The position numbers and the translations under genes were made by a program. From Sedimentisphaerales bacterium (GTDB lineage Bacteria > Planctomycetota > Phycisphaerae > Sedimentisphaerales > SM23-30), in assembly GCA_963663965.2 (NCBI GenBank), contig CAXXFK010000032.1, positions 96,001-160,000 on the forward strand: a stretch of DNA of 64,000 nt. Direction: 5' to 3'. Position 1 is the first letter of the stretch, and every line of letters begins with the position of its first letter. This document shows positions 50,851-61,704 of the stretch, piece after piece. The notes below the pieces were generated by a model. It was not told the origin of the DNA. It saw only the letters and a list, made by a program, of their open reading frames with translations, and searched no databases.

Positions 50851-51693
50851 TTACTTCCCTTTGGAATCTTGGGGTTCTCGAAATACTCTTACATAATCGA
50901 TGATATACTTCTGCGGGAAAATTGAATCATCAATCTGACGGCCCCAACTGCCGCCCAATGCCAGATTGATCAATAAATAGTGTGGCTGGTGAAATGGATT
51001 ACCCTCTCCCTCTCCCGCTTTGTTCAGCATAAATGTGTGATATTTATTGTCATCGAAATAAAAATCGATTCGTTCCTGATTCCATTCAATGGCATACACA
51101 TGAAATGCCTGATATGGCGCTGGAGTGGTTATTTTCCCCCCATTCGATGCGTGTTTACCATCCAGCGAATAATGGGTTGTTGCGTGCACTCGATTGGGAT
51201 CGTGACCGACATATTCCATAATATCAATTTCTCCGCATCGGGGCCATCCGACCTGGTCATGATTTTCCCCCAGCATCCAGATCGCCGGCCATACCCCTTT
51301 GCCCTGCGGCAGTTTGGCCCGCACTTCAATGCGTCCATATTGCCAACTCTCAATATGTTTGGTAATCAGGCTGGCCGCCGTATATTCAGCGTATTCACGC
51401 TGGGTTTGCCATCTATCTGATCCGGGCTTGTATCTGGGATTCTTATAACGCTCTTTCCGCCCCTCAATAATCAAAAAACCATTTTCAACCCGGGCATTAG
51501 CCAATCGTCCCCGGGTATAATATTGCATCTCCTCATTGCGTACGAAACCCACTTCATAATCCCATTTCTTCTGATCAGGTAATCCCTGATAATCAAATTC
51601 ATCCGACCAGATCAATGCCCAGTCAGCAGCGCTGCCAAGGGTTATCCCGACACAGAATCCCAGCAATACAACGATAAACATTACTTTTTTCAT
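50851..51693 (-). CDS. Glycoside hydrolase family 16 (laminarinase-like)
   Basis: WSDEF, YGRIEVRAKLP, WPAIWML, catalytic EIDIME. Confidence 0.93.
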   Translation of the reverse strand: MKKVMFIVVLLGFCVGITLGSAADWALIWSDEFDYQGLPDQKKWDYEVGFVRNEEMQYYTRGRLANARVENGFLIIEGRKERYKNPRYKPGSDRWQTQREYAEYTAASLITKHIESWQYGRIEVRAKLPQGKGVWPAIWMLGENHDQVGWPRCGEIDIMEYVGHDPNRVHATTHYSLDGKHASNGGKITTPAPYQAFHVYAIEWNQERIDFYFDDNKYHTFMLNKAGEGEGNPFHQPHYLLINLALGGSWGRQIDDSIFPQKYIIDYVRVFREPQDSKGK

Positions 51694-51888
51694 GATTGTC
51701 CTGTTCTTTATATGGCGTTTATAATCATCCCTTTAAACCACATCATAATAAACTTCAACTGACATGTCAATTCGTCATCCCATCACCGGAAATATCCCTC
51801 GCCTTAAACCTGAAAAAAGGATTTTATGCCTTTCAGTTAGAAACGCCTGTTTTTAAAGGGGGGACATAAAGGTGAAAAACCAACCGTT

Positions 51889-52539
51889 TTAGTTCAATTC
51901 AAATTCCGCAGCGACCGGCAAATGATCGGAAAATACAAAATCCAGCAACTCAAAGCGCTTTAATTCAAACTCCCGGGAATAGTAGATATGATCTATACAC
52001 CAGAATCCATTGATCATTGGCCAGGAAGCCTTAACCCGTTTGCCAGATCGACATTCAGACATACGGCCACAGGCCTTGAGTGCGTGTAATTCCTTTTGGC
52101 GATGCGATGCATTGAAGTCCCCAGCCATAATCAGGGGTTCCTCGTGTATCCGTGGAAAATGACTTAAAGCTAGTAATTGGCTGTTTCTCTTTTTGTAACG
52201 GTTAAAAGTCCACGGCGCGGAGGTATGAATGGCCGCCAGCTTGAAGCCTCGCCCGTATTCAATCCGCATAATCCCCTGAGGGCGCCCCTCAAAGACCCCT
52301 TCATTAATCTCCTGATAATCAGATATCGGGTACTTGCTGTACACCACCAGACTGCCTACCGGATTGGGCGATACCGATTGTTGATAATCATAATTGCCCA
52401 GTAGCTCCTGGACCTGATCAATCTTCCTATCCGGCATCTCGGCAAAGATCAACACATCCGCATCTTCTTGCTTTAAGGATTCCACGGCCCAGAAAAGCCG
52501 GGGATTTAAATTCCAGATATTCGAAAATATGATCTTCAT
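51889..52539 (-). CDS. Endonuclease/exonuclease/phosphatase family protein
   Basis: GDFNA, IDHIY, SDHLPV. Confidence 0.88.
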   Translation of the reverse strand: MKIIFSNIWNLNPRLFWAVESLKQEDADVLIFAEMPDRKIDQVQELLGNYDYQQSVSPNPVGSLVVYSKYPISDYQEINEGVFEGRPQGIMRIEYGRGFKLAAIHTSAPWTFNRYKKRNSQLLALSHFPRIHEEPLIMAGDFNASHRQKELHALKACGRMSECRSGKRVKASWPMINGFWCIDHIYYSREFELKRFELLDFVFSDHLPVAAEFELN

Positions 52540-52721
52540 CTATAATATTTATTGGCTGATGACTGGAGTGATCTTAGATTAATTCACTGGAGGAATGTCG
52601 CTCTCTCGCTTACCACTTCACTGCATTGCAATATTATACCTGATAAATACGATTTTAGCAACTCCCATAAGCGCCACTTTTCAGACAATATACACATAAT
52701 CCCTTTTACAATAATAGATTA

Positions 52722-52922
52722 TCAACATTCTGCCGCTTCCATAATCGGCTCCAGTAATGCGACCTGATTAATGCAGGTCAGAATTCTGTCGCGTAATTCT
52801 TTATCGGACATCCCATATTTACGCCCCAACTGCATAATTTGTTCACGTAACGGGCTGGATAATAACATAAAGTAGATATCCTCAGCGAACTTGCCTGTTT
52901 GTAATCCTATTACCAATTCCAT
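52722..52922 (-). CDS. Small hypothetical protein
   Basis: AGGAG RBS before ATG; 66-aa ORF. Confidence 0.5.
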   Translation of the reverse strand: MELVIGLQTGKFAEDIYFMLLSSPLREQIMQLGRKYGMSDKELRDRILTCINQVALLEPIMEAAEC

Positions 52923-53115
52923 AATATTTGCTCCTGATTATTTCAGCTTATCATTAACATCAGTACACTCATAATGAATGACAGTGATAAATCCAAAACA
53001 TTACAGCAAATATCGTCTTTTACACGGTTTTGACACGCAACCGATAGATCCCCCAATATCTCCGAAACAACCACACAATCCATAACCCACACAATCACAA
53101 TTAGTTAAACATCAT

Positions 53116-54060
53116 TTATCCATCAACAATATTCCAGAACAACTCAGGATCAATCCCCTTTTGAACCAGCCAGCGTTGTATCATCTGACTGGCCATAGGG
53201 AGCGAATTAGCCAGTTCCCAACGCCCGGTCTTTCGTAAAGTAACCAATCCAAGATACATTTCCCGACTCCAGAGCATTTGATATTGATCATCTACGATCC
53301 TGATCTGCTCACGAGGCATAGACTCGTCCGCACCAATCCAGCGAACAGTCGCAATCTGTGGATGACCTGGATAATTCTCGAGGTCCTTTGGAATGTCACC
53401 ATTAGCAATGACCTCAAAGGGCTGTAAACTTACCCGTCCTCTCTTAAAACCCGCCGGTTCCATAATCGGGTAAGTAAATTCTATTCCATCTGTACTATTC
53501 GCTTCCTGCCCCAAACGAACAAAAAGATCAAATAACGGGGGCGGAACAAGATTCATCGGGACTAACTGATCGGCCAATGGAATCAGATAACCGGGAGAAT
53601 AATTCGAATTGGCGGTTAATACCCCATCTTTATAGCTGAATGCCTGCTCTAATTTCAATCCGCTTTCGATACGGACTTCTGAACTGGTCCAGATCCGCAT
53701 GTCATCCCGAATAAAACAATCTGATTCTCTCTGACGTCCGATATCGGTCATGAAAAAATATTCGCGTATGCGATAACTGACCTGATCACCCTGATCCCAG
53801 ATCGGTTCCTGATAGAGCACGTCAAATCCCACAACACCCTTTTCCGATTCGATCAGGTACATTCGCCCAAATACTTCGCCTTTAAAATAATAGGTTAACT
53901 TTCGCTTCGAAACTTGTTCAATGATTTCCGCGCCTTTTAAACGCATACGCTCCCGGCCGGACCGCGAATAAACCATCCACCAGGCAGCCCCCAGACACAT
54001 AATCAGCAACAAAGCCAATACGATCGTGGTACGAGCAGCCAGGGCTGTTTGTTTATGCAT
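53116..54060 (-). CDS. Membrane-anchored hypothetical protein
   Basis: N-terminal TM and long open frame; start uncertain (54060 or 54108). Confidence 0.65.
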   Translation of the reverse strand: MHKQTALAARTTIVLALLLIMCLGAAWWMVYSRSGRERMRLKGAEIIEQVSKRKLTYYFKGEVFGRMYLIESEKGVVGFDVLYQEPIWDQGDQVSYRIREYFFMTDIGRQRESDCFIRDDMRIWTSSEVRIESGLKLEQAFSYKDGVLTANSNYSPGYLIPLADQLVPMNLVPPPLFDLFVRLGQEANSTDGIEFTYPIMEPAGFKRGRVSLQPFEVIANGDIPKDLENYPGHPQIATVRWIGADESMPREQIRIVDDQYQMLWSREMYLGLVTLRKTGRWELANSLPMASQMIQRWLVQKGIDPELFWNIVDG

Positions 54061-54242
54061 GACTTCATTGGGACGATAAACGCTGTTTGTCGGGCCTTTA
54101 TCTAACATAAGATCATTGTATCCTGTCCGGCCGAAATATCAACATTTTTAACTGACTTGATCTTGATCCCTCATAATCAAATAAATTCATATCCAATTTA
54201 TTGGCAATAAATTATGATATTCATATGCATTATTATCCATAA

Positions 54243-55748
54243 TTATCGCTTGCTGAGAAACAGAGACTCCCAGTCTGGCTGATCATGTTTTAGCAATAAT
54301 TCACGAATTTTTCGTGATTCATCAAAATTATTGAGCGCCAGTTGAGTTTGCGCCAGACCAAATAATGCCACTTTGTTCTGAGGATCGGCAATTCGGCACA
54401 ACTCATATTCCCGGGCGGCCAATTCGTAGTTCCCGTTTTTGTAATAAATATCCGCCAACTCTAAACGTGCCGATAAATTTTTGGGTTCCATATCTAATGT
54501 CGCTTGTAATGACATGATTGCTAATTGCCATTCTCCACGCATGCTGTACAAGCGGCTCTTGCGATAGTAATAATGACTGTCTTTTTGCAGGGGTTCAACC
54601 ACAACCTCCTTTTCTTCCGGGGCATTGGGATCAACAACCGAGATGCATATTTCATTGCCAACCGTTGCCTTTGGCGCGCCTGATATTTGTTTCTCATGAT
54701 CTTCAAGGGCTTCCTGGTGATTGGCTTGATCATCTTTTCTGAGACAAATCTGACTTGCTACCAGAATTCCACCGGATTCTCCATCATTTGCGCTTATTGC
54801 ACCCTGAAGGCGACACGGTTCATCTCTTTTTCCGCCCTCCTGAACCGAGACCTTCGTTTGGGATGTTGTTGATTGAAACCCTGTCCCACCATCCAATTCG
54901 ACAGGAGGTTCCTCTGATAACAGTTGATGTCCATTGGGATCTGTCAAGAGGAGACCTCCGAGGGGCTTGACCTCAAAAAAATCCGTATAAGCATCAGCCG
55001 TTCTCCCCGCCCGATCCTTGATTTCGATAATGATCCTGATGGATTCACCTGCCGCCGATACGGGTATTCGCCAATACCGGGTTCCACTGGCAGAACACCT
55101 TTCTCCGATAATCCTGCGAGGAGATGAATCGTGTGATGGTTTGGATTCCCAATAAATCGTCACCGGTTTATCGGACAATTGCGCGTCGAATCCCACCCAG
55201 CTGAATGTGAACGTGCTGCCGACTTCCTGTTGCCCTTCTATTGGGTCATGCTGTAAATAAATACTCGGATCTGTCTGGTCAAAAAACAAAGCTATCTGCG
55301 GCTCAACGCAAGCCGGAATGACCCCGGGTGACCTGGCGGACTGGCTTTTCGCTGGATCTAAAGGGATTGAACGCAAACCGTCTGAAGTAACCGCAATGAT
55401 TAGTAGCCGGTAAAGTCCATCTGACGGAGGCGTAAATAAGACAGGTGACAATTTGTCATTGTCATAACCATAAAACCGCCAATCATGACTCTGGCCAGAC
55501 TGATACCATATCTCGATATGGTCCGGGTGACTGAATGGGCCATTAAAACGATACTCAATATTTACCGATGATCCCAGTATGACACAACTTCCCTCTGGCG
55601 GTCCCTCCTCCCCCTTTAAACTCATGCCTTGCCCCCAAAGATCGATACTTACTGCCAATAAACAAATGATCCAAATGACAATAGGTCTGTTACAAAAGCT
55701 GTTACAAACTTGATAATTATATGCAAAATCAGGATTTCGGCACTCCAT
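54243..55748 (-). CDS. Exported beta-rich protein with C-terminal TPR repeats
   Basis: Hydrophobic N-terminal stretch; C-terminal ARLELADIYYKNGNYELA and ALFGLAQTQL TPRs. Confidence 0.7.
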   Translation of the reverse strand: MECRNPDFAYNYQVCNSFCNRPIVIWIICLLAVSIDLWGQGMSLKGEEGPPEGSCVILGSSVNIEYRFNGPFSHPDHIEIWYQSGQSHDWRFYGYDNDKLSPVLFTPPSDGLYRLLIIAVTSDGLRSIPLDPAKSQSARSPGVIPACVEPQIALFFDQTDPSIYLQHDPIEGQQEVGSTFTFSWVGFDAQLSDKPVTIYWESKPSHDSSPRRIIGERCSASGTRYWRIPVSAAGESIRIIIEIKDRAGRTADAYTDFFEVKPLGGLLLTDPNGHQLLSEEPPVELDGGTGFQSTTSQTKVSVQEGGKRDEPCRLQGAISANDGESGGILVASQICLRKDDQANHQEALEDHEKQISGAPKATVGNEICISVVDPNAPEEKEVVVEPLQKDSHYYYRKSRLYSMRGEWQLAIMSLQATLDMEPKNLSARLELADIYYKNGNYELAAREYELCRIADPQNKVALFGLAQTQLALNNFDESRKIRELLLKHDQPDWESLFLSKR

Positions 55749-55993
55749 TGCCAGGTTCCATCTTTCATTTTTTTGATTGGAATTTAAACAGACTATCCAT
55801 CAGTTCCATATTTATTATCGGATTATAGGACCTGAATCTTTGCCTTTTTTTATAAAAATTATGGAAAAGATGATAAAAAATTTGCCCGCTTTCCATTTAT
55901 TTTGCATTTTTAAATAGAATTTCCCTGTTTCGCTTGTCTTGGCTCGCTTAACGATTAGCCACTGACCTTTAAGAAAGGAATAATCATAAACAG

Positions 55994-56953
55994 ATGAACA
56001 ATACAATCCCCAGTCAAATTGCTAATGATTTTTACAAAACCCTGTTGGATAATATCTTCGATGCGGTCTACATGGTGAATAATCAGGGCATCATTGTTTA
56101 CTGGAACGACAGTTGTGCGCGTTTGACAGGCTTTGGCTCAGAAGAAATGGTTGGCCAGTTTTATCAGGACACCCTGTTTGGTAGTACCACCGACGGACAT
56201 CCAGATAACTATAATGGGATCGATATTGCGCTGACTACCGGAATGCCTGGAACATGGAAGGGCCAGATTTGTCGTCGCAATGGTCAACGTCTTCCAGTCG
56301 AATCTCATGTGTCTCCAGTACGTGATCATAATGCTGATACAATTGGAGTGGTCGCTGTTTTTCGTGATATTTCTGCCCATGTGGCCCTGGAAGACGCTCA
56401 TCGCAAAATGCTGGCAACAGCCAGACTTGATCCTCTAACCGGACTGCATAATCGACTTTCGATCAACGAAATACTGGGAGTCGAACTGGACAGGGCCTCC
56501 CGTTACAATCAACCATTATCCGTTGTGATCGTTGATATTGATCATTTTAAACGTTTTAATGATAATTACGGCCATGAAACAGGCGATATTATCCTGAAAA
56601 ACGTGGCCGATGTATTTTTTAATAATTTACGTAAGCCGGATATTGCCGGACGCTGGGGTGGCGAAGAATTTATTATCATTGCTCCAGGCAGCGATGCCAT
56701 CGATGCGGCTCGCATGGCGGAACGGTTGCGCAAATTTATCCATGACGTTCATACCCAACATTGTGCAGATCAGGTAACGGCCAGTTTCGGGATCGCCCAG
56801 TATTCACACGGCCTGATGCGCGATCAGTTAATCTGCCTGGCTGACCGGGCAATGTATCAAGCCAAAAATGGGGGGCGAAATCGTGTAGTGGTATCTCGTG
56901 AGGATGACGACCTGCACATCCTGCCCGACTATGAACATAAACCAAAACTATAG
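55994..56953 (+). CDS. PAS-GGDEF diguanylate cyclase
   Basis: PAS/PAC; DPLTGLHNR, DIDHFKRFND, I-site RKPD, GGEEF. Confidence 0.94.
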   Translation: MNNTIPSQIANDFYKTLLDNIFDAVYMVNNQGIIVYWNDSCARLTGFGSEEMVGQFYQDTLFGSTTDGHPDNYNGIDIALTTGMPGTWKGQICRRNGQRLPVESHVSPVRDHNADTIGVVAVFRDISAHVALEDAHRKMLATARLDPLTGLHNRLSINEILGVELDRASRYNQPLSVVIVDIDHFKRFNDNYGHETGDIILKNVADVFFNNLRKPDIAGRWGGEEFIIIAPGSDAIDAARMAERLRKFIHDVHTQHCADQVTASFGIAQYSHGLMRDQLICLADRAMYQAKNGGRNRVVVSREDDDLHILPDYEHKPKL

Positions 56954-57051
56954 AACAACTTAGATCATATTTCTTAAAAAAGAATAAAAATTCTGTTTTT
57001 ATATTTGACTCAACCTGTGATTTTTGATAAAAAGTTTAGCTCTTCAACGAA

Positions 57052-57126
57052 GGCCCCTTCGTCTAGCCAGGTCTAGGACACAGGGTTTTCATCCCTGCAA
57101 CACGGGTTCGAATCCCGTAGGGGTCA
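57052..57126 (+). tRNA. tRNA-Glu (anticodon TTC)
   Basis: Acceptor GGCCCCT/AGGGGTC; anticodon arm caggg-ttTTCat-ccctg; T arm GGTTCGAATCC; CCA not encoded. Confidence 0.96.
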
Positions 57127-57134
57127 TTTTGACC

Positions 57135-57167
57135 AAGCCTCTTCAATCAAATGAAGAGGCTTTTTTT
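57135..57167 (+). terminator. Rho-independent terminator
   Basis: aagcctcttca/tgaagaggctt stem plus T7. Confidence 0.85.
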
Positions 57168-57442
57168 AATTCGATTAGCATCAATCACGATCCCCTGATC
57201 CAGCCACCCGCCTCCTGGTATATTCGTTAAAACCGGTGCTGAAATTCCCTCGATAATTCCCTGGTCCGTATCGATACCATAAATGATTGAAATGCCCGTT
57301 TGGTATAAATTCCCAAACCAGCTATCGGACCTTTATAAATAAAGTTGGCCGGGACTATGAATAAAAATCCACAGCCCCAGCCACCGTCAAATAAAGGATA
57401 TTGCGAAAGCACCCTGGTATACAGGGTAAAAATACTCAAACT

Positions 57443-58855
57443 TTAACAATCGTAATACAAATGAAATTCAAATGGATGCGGCCGAAGCGCCATTGGGCTC
57501 AATTCTTCATCCCGTTTCCAGGAAATCCATGACTGAATCAATTCTTTACTAAAAACCCCGCCTCGTGTCAGGAATGCGTGATCGGCTTCCAATGCGTCGA
57601 TGGATTCTGCCAGCGAACCGGGAACTTTGGGAATATTCTCCAGATCGGCGCCCTTCAGTTCATAGATATTCTTATCCAAGGCCTTGGGCAATGGCAGATC
57701 CGACTCAATCCCATCGATCATGGCCATCAGCATCGCGGGCCATAACAGGTAACCATTGGCAGTTGGGTCCGGACAACGGAATTCGACCCGCTTGGCCTTG
57801 GGGCTATTACTGTACATGGGGATGCGGCAGGCCGCCGAGCGGTTCCGGGCGCTAAGCACCAGATTGACTGGCGCCTCGAATCCCGGCACCAGACGCCGAT
57901 AACTGTTGGTCGTGGGCGCGCCGAAAGCCAGGATGGCCGATGCGTGCTTGAGAATACCGGCGATCCCCTTCAACGCCGTTTCACTCAATCCGGCATAACC
58001 CTCGCCCGCCATCAGGGTGTTGCCCCCCTTCCAGATGGAAATATGGCTGTGCATGCCCGAACCGTTATCATCAAAAACCGGCTTGGGCATGAAGGTAACC
58101 GATTTGCCGTTGCGGCGCGCAACATTTTTAATCACATATTTGTACCACATATACTGATCGCACATCTTGGTCATTTCCGCGAATTCCATATCGATCTCGC
58201 TCTGACCGGCGGTCGCGACCTCATGATGATGCGCCTCAACCCGGATTCCCAGTTTCATCATCTCATAGACCATCTCACCACGCAGATCGTGGTAGGTATC
58301 GGTCGGACTGACCGGGAAATACCCGCCCTTGTAACTGGGTTTATAACCAAGGTTCGGCTCCTCAAAGCGCGCCGTATTCCAGGAACCCTCGACGGAATCG
58401 ATTTGATAATAGCCGGTGTGCTGATTCTGTTCATAGCGGACTTCATCAAATATAAAAAATTCGGGTTCCGGACCGATAAAACAGGAATCGGCTATTCCGG
58501 ATTCTTTTAGAAACTGTGCGGCTTTCCTGGCGGTAGTTCGTGGACACTTGCCATAAGGTTCGCGTGTTTCAGGGTCGACAATATCTGCCAGCACGCTGAC
58601 TGTCGGTTCGGCAAAGAACGGATCGATCACGGCAGTATTCGGATCGCATACCGCCAGCATGTCCGATTGATGAATCTCCTGCCAGCCGCGAATCGACGAT
58701 CCATCAAAACCCAGACCGTCACTGAAAATACTTTCATCCAGTGTTTGGACTGGATAGGAACAGTGCTGCCAGGTTCCCAGTAAATCGCAGAATTTCAGGT
58801 CCACCATTTTTGCGCCATTTTTGTCACAATATTCGAAAAATTCTTTGGGGGTCAT
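57443..58855 (-). CDS. glnA: Glutamine synthetase type I
   Basis: GFDGSSIRG, HHHEVATAGQ, FMPKP-DNGSGMH, NSYRRLVPGFEAP, RVEFRCPD; adenylylation-site-like KNIYEL. Confidence 0.97.
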   Translation of the reverse strand: MTPKEFFEYCDKNGAKMVDLKFCDLLGTWQHCSYPVQTLDESIFSDGLGFDGSSIRGWQEIHQSDMLAVCDPNTAVIDPFFAEPTVSVLADIVDPETREPYGKCPRTTARKAAQFLKESGIADSCFIGPEPEFFIFDEVRYEQNQHTGYYQIDSVEGSWNTARFEEPNLGYKPSYKGGYFPVSPTDTYHDLRGEMVYEMMKLGIRVEAHHHEVATAGQSEIDMEFAEMTKMCDQYMWYKYVIKNVARRNGKSVTFMPKPVFDDNGSGMHSHISIWKGGNTLMAGEGYAGLSETALKGIAGILKHASAILAFGAPTTNSYRRLVPGFEAPVNLVLSARNRSAACRIPMYSNSPKAKRVEFRCPDPTANGYLLWPAMLMAMIDGIESDLPLPKALDKNIYELKGADLENIPKVPGSLAESIDALEADHAFLTRGGVFSKELIQSWISWKRDEELSPMALRPHPFEFHLYYDC

Positions 58856-58993
58856 CGATTTAACTCCTGTGTTAAAAGGTTAAATTTTTGCACCGGCAAG
58901 GCGCGCCTGGAAAACTTCAGGGCTTCCTTTATTATCATTTTCGTATTCGATGGCTATCACATAACGGGCCTGAAAGGGATCGGGCCGAATCGC

Positions 58994-59338
58994 CTAAATC
59001 GCCTCACCTCCGGTTTCCCCAGTTCTGATTCGAATGCATTGTTCCAGATGGGTGACAAATATTTTGCCATCACCAATACTGCCCTGATCACCATGACGAG
59101 CCGATTTCAATATCGCTTGGATGGTTGGCTCGACAAAATCATCATTGCAGGCGATATCGATCCTGACTTTGGGAATCAAGGCCGGCACAACGGCCTGCCC
59201 ACGATATAAATCGACTTCCTCTGCGCGGCCGCGACCTGTGCATCGGCTTACGGTAATGCGATAAATCTCGGCTTTGATCAACTCCTCCCTGACGCCATCC
59301 AGTTTATCCGGCTGGATAATTGCCGTTATTAATTTCAT
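58994..59338 (-). CDS. glnB: P-II nitrogen regulatory protein
   Basis: MKLITAII, LYRG, PKV, IGDGKIFV, IRIRTGETG; glnB versus glnK naming is by context only. Confidence 0.9.
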   Translation of the reverse strand: MKLITAIIQPDKLDGVREELIKAEIYRITVSRCTGRGRAEEVDLYRGQAVVPALIPKVRIDIACNDDFVEPTIQAILKSARHGDQGSIGDGKIFVTHLEQCIRIRTGETGGEAI

Positions 59339-59406
59339 AGACAAGCCCTTAATCAGGTTTATCTGGCGAATTTAGCTGGCATTCTAAAGACACCTTTATT
59401 TAACAA

Positions 59407-59422
59407 AGCAAATCGCATGCCA
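59407..59422 (-). promoter_or_regulatory. Sigma54 -24/-12 promoter for P-II/glnA
   Basis: TGGCATGCGATTTGCT, GG-N10-GC. Confidence 0.8.
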
Positions 59423-59673
59423 GTCAATATTTTAAAGCGATTATGCGTTTTTACGCTCAGATTCATACCTTTGACAGCTATGGCTAAAATACCATGCAAC
59501 AATTCTGTTTGAACACTCTGAAGCACAACATATTTGTCAGGCCTCCATTTCCTCTTCCTGTGGGATTCAAGGGTTTGTTTCCGTTTATTGTTTCAGGGTT
59601 CTTATACCGGCCGCAGCATGAGGCGGTTTTATCCACCCTGCTGCAGCCAGTAACCTGCTTACGGTTTATCATA

Positions 59674-60999
59674 TTAATTCAAGTTCAGTAAACCATAGCC
59701 ATGTTCACCATGCAAACTATGGTCCATACCGGCCTTTTCATCATATTCGTTTAATCGGAATCCAACCGTTTTTTGAACAATAACACAGATCACCAGAGTT
59801 CCGATGGCCGCCAGAACGATAGTGACTGAGATCCCTTTTAACTGCACCAGAAACTGATCCAGTGCCGACCAGGCTCCTGTTGAACTGAGTTCCGCCGCCT
59901 CGTTCATCCAGCTTTTTCGCACAAAAAACGATAATAATAAGACTCCCATTCCACTGCCCACCCCATGAATTCCAAAACAGTCCAGACTGTCATCATACCC
60001 AAACCGCTCCTTTAATTTCAATGCGTAATAACACAATAATGCGGAACACGCCCCCATAATCAGGGCGCCGGTGGGCTGCACAACGCCGGCGGCGGGTGTG
60101 ATGACCACCAGCCCTGCCAGTATTCCGGACACAAATCCCAATGAAGTCGCCTTTCGAAACTTGATCGCTTCAATCAGCATCCAGGTTAACGCGCCGCTCG
60201 CGGCGGACACCTGGGTCATGGTCAGGGCCCTGGCAGTATCTAATCCGCTATGAATGGTTGATCCTGCATTGAAACCAAACCAGCCGGCCCAGAGCAATCC
60301 GGCTCCCATCATGGTCATGACCAGATTATTGGGATGCATGGCTGTTTTTGGATATCCGCGTCGCGCTCCCAGGAACAACGCGACGACCAGGGCGCTGACC
60401 CCCGCCGAAACATGGATCACCAGGCCGCCCGCCAGATCGATCACGCCATTGGCCCCGCTGTTATACAACCAGCCGTCAGATCCCCAGACCCAATGACACA
60501 ACGGACAATAGACCAGAATAAACCAGAGGCAGATAAATAAACTGTAGCCGCGGAAATAAACCCGCTCTGCCAAGGCGCCCGCGATCAAGGCCGGGGTAAT
60601 AATCGCGAATTTACCCTGAAACATAGCCAGAACATATTCCGGAACCCCGTTAACTATGGAATCGTCAATCCCCCTGAGACAGAAATAATTCCAGTCCCAG
60701 CCGATAAATCCACCCAGAATATTCTTTCCAAATGCCATCGAATACCCGCAGATCATCCACAAAACGCCAATCAATGCCATCGCGACAAAGCTATGCATCA
60801 TCGTTCCCAAAACATTTTTCGTCCTCACCAGACCGCCATAAAACATGGCAAGTCCCGGCACCATCAGCAATACAAAAGCCGTGGATGTCAACATCCAGGC
60901 TGTCGTTCCCGTATCGACATCAGACCCATCGTTCGCGTAGACACCGCTGGTCAATATCAATAATAACACCAGGGCCTGGAATAAATGCAATTTCTTCAT
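59674..60999 (-). CDS. amtB: Ammonium transporter
   Basis: GLAMFYGGLVR, FAIITPALI, DLAGG-IH, WFGFNAGS, DDSLD-FGIHG. Confidence 0.95.
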   Translation of the reverse strand: MKKLHLFQALVLLLILTSGVYANDGSDVDTGTTAWMLTSTAFVLLMVPGLAMFYGGLVRTKNVLGTMMHSFVAMALIGVLWMICGYSMAFGKNILGGFIGWDWNYFCLRGIDDSIVNGVPEYVLAMFQGKFAIITPALIAGALAERVYFRGYSLFICLWFILVYCPLCHWVWGSDGWLYNSGANGVIDLAGGLVIHVSAGVSALVVALFLGARRGYPKTAMHPNNLVMTMMGAGLLWAGWFGFNAGSTIHSGLDTARALTMTQVSAASGALTWMLIEAIKFRKATSLGFVSGILAGLVVITPAAGVVQPTGALIMGACSALLCYYALKLKERFGYDDSLDCFGIHGVGSGMGVLLLSFFVRKSWMNEAAELSSTGAWSALDQFLVQLKGISVTIVLAAIGTLVICVIVQKTVGFRLNEYDEKAGMDHSLHGEHGYGLLNLN

Positions 61000-61181
61000 G
61001 CAATCAATCCCTTTAATTCCATAAGTCCAGACCGGTTGCGCAAACCGTACGATATGCAGTACGCGTATCGACACTGATACTGTCATCGCACGGCGATTGA
61101 CTCGCCGGCTGTATTCCGTTTATAGGTTCTAGGCCGGCTTACATACCGGCTGCCTGTTGGTTCAATAATGGCCGATCAGGA

Positions 61182-61197
61182 AGCAATAAATATGCCA
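61182..61197 (-). promoter_or_regulatory. Sigma54 -24/-12 promoter for amtB
   Basis: TGGCATATTTATTGCT, GG-N10-GC. Confidence 0.75.
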
Positions 61198-61704
61198 CAA
61201 TAACCCAACTCAATTCACAGAATTGTCGGCATCATCCCCAATAAATAGATATGACCTATCCAATTACAGGCCATTGCCACATTATCCCAGAAATGATCAA
61301 ATCGGAGGGGTCTCCCTTGGTTTCATAACAGATGGGAGTGCATAACTCTTTTATAAACACGAAATTATCTAAATACTCAGCCAGCGGCGGTTCTGAACCG
61401 GTGCCTGATATTTTTGTTCCTCAATGGCAAGGCAATCGTTATCGTTAGCTGATAGGAATGACATTCTGACAATATTTTCACACAAAACAAAATGGTCAAC
61501 TTTGACAAATTATGCACACTGTTTTCATTAAACGAATCCATAGAACGCTACATATTTGTAGTGCTTTGCGTGTTCACAACATTTATGTCACAGCCATGAA
61601 TGAACGTTTCTGTTCGCTAAATCTGGTATTTACCGGTTCTGTTTCTTCTGATTATTTATCAATATCTGCCAGTCCAAACTGTTGTTTTCGCTGCCAGTCT
61701 ATAA

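Noticed and set aside
57052..57126. tRNA-Glu as an island integration site
   Set aside because: No integrase nearby and no duplicate of the tRNA 3' end noticed in the window.
58856..58993. Glutamine riboswitch before glnA
   Set aside because: No match to the glnA RNA motif was recognised in the intergenic sequence.
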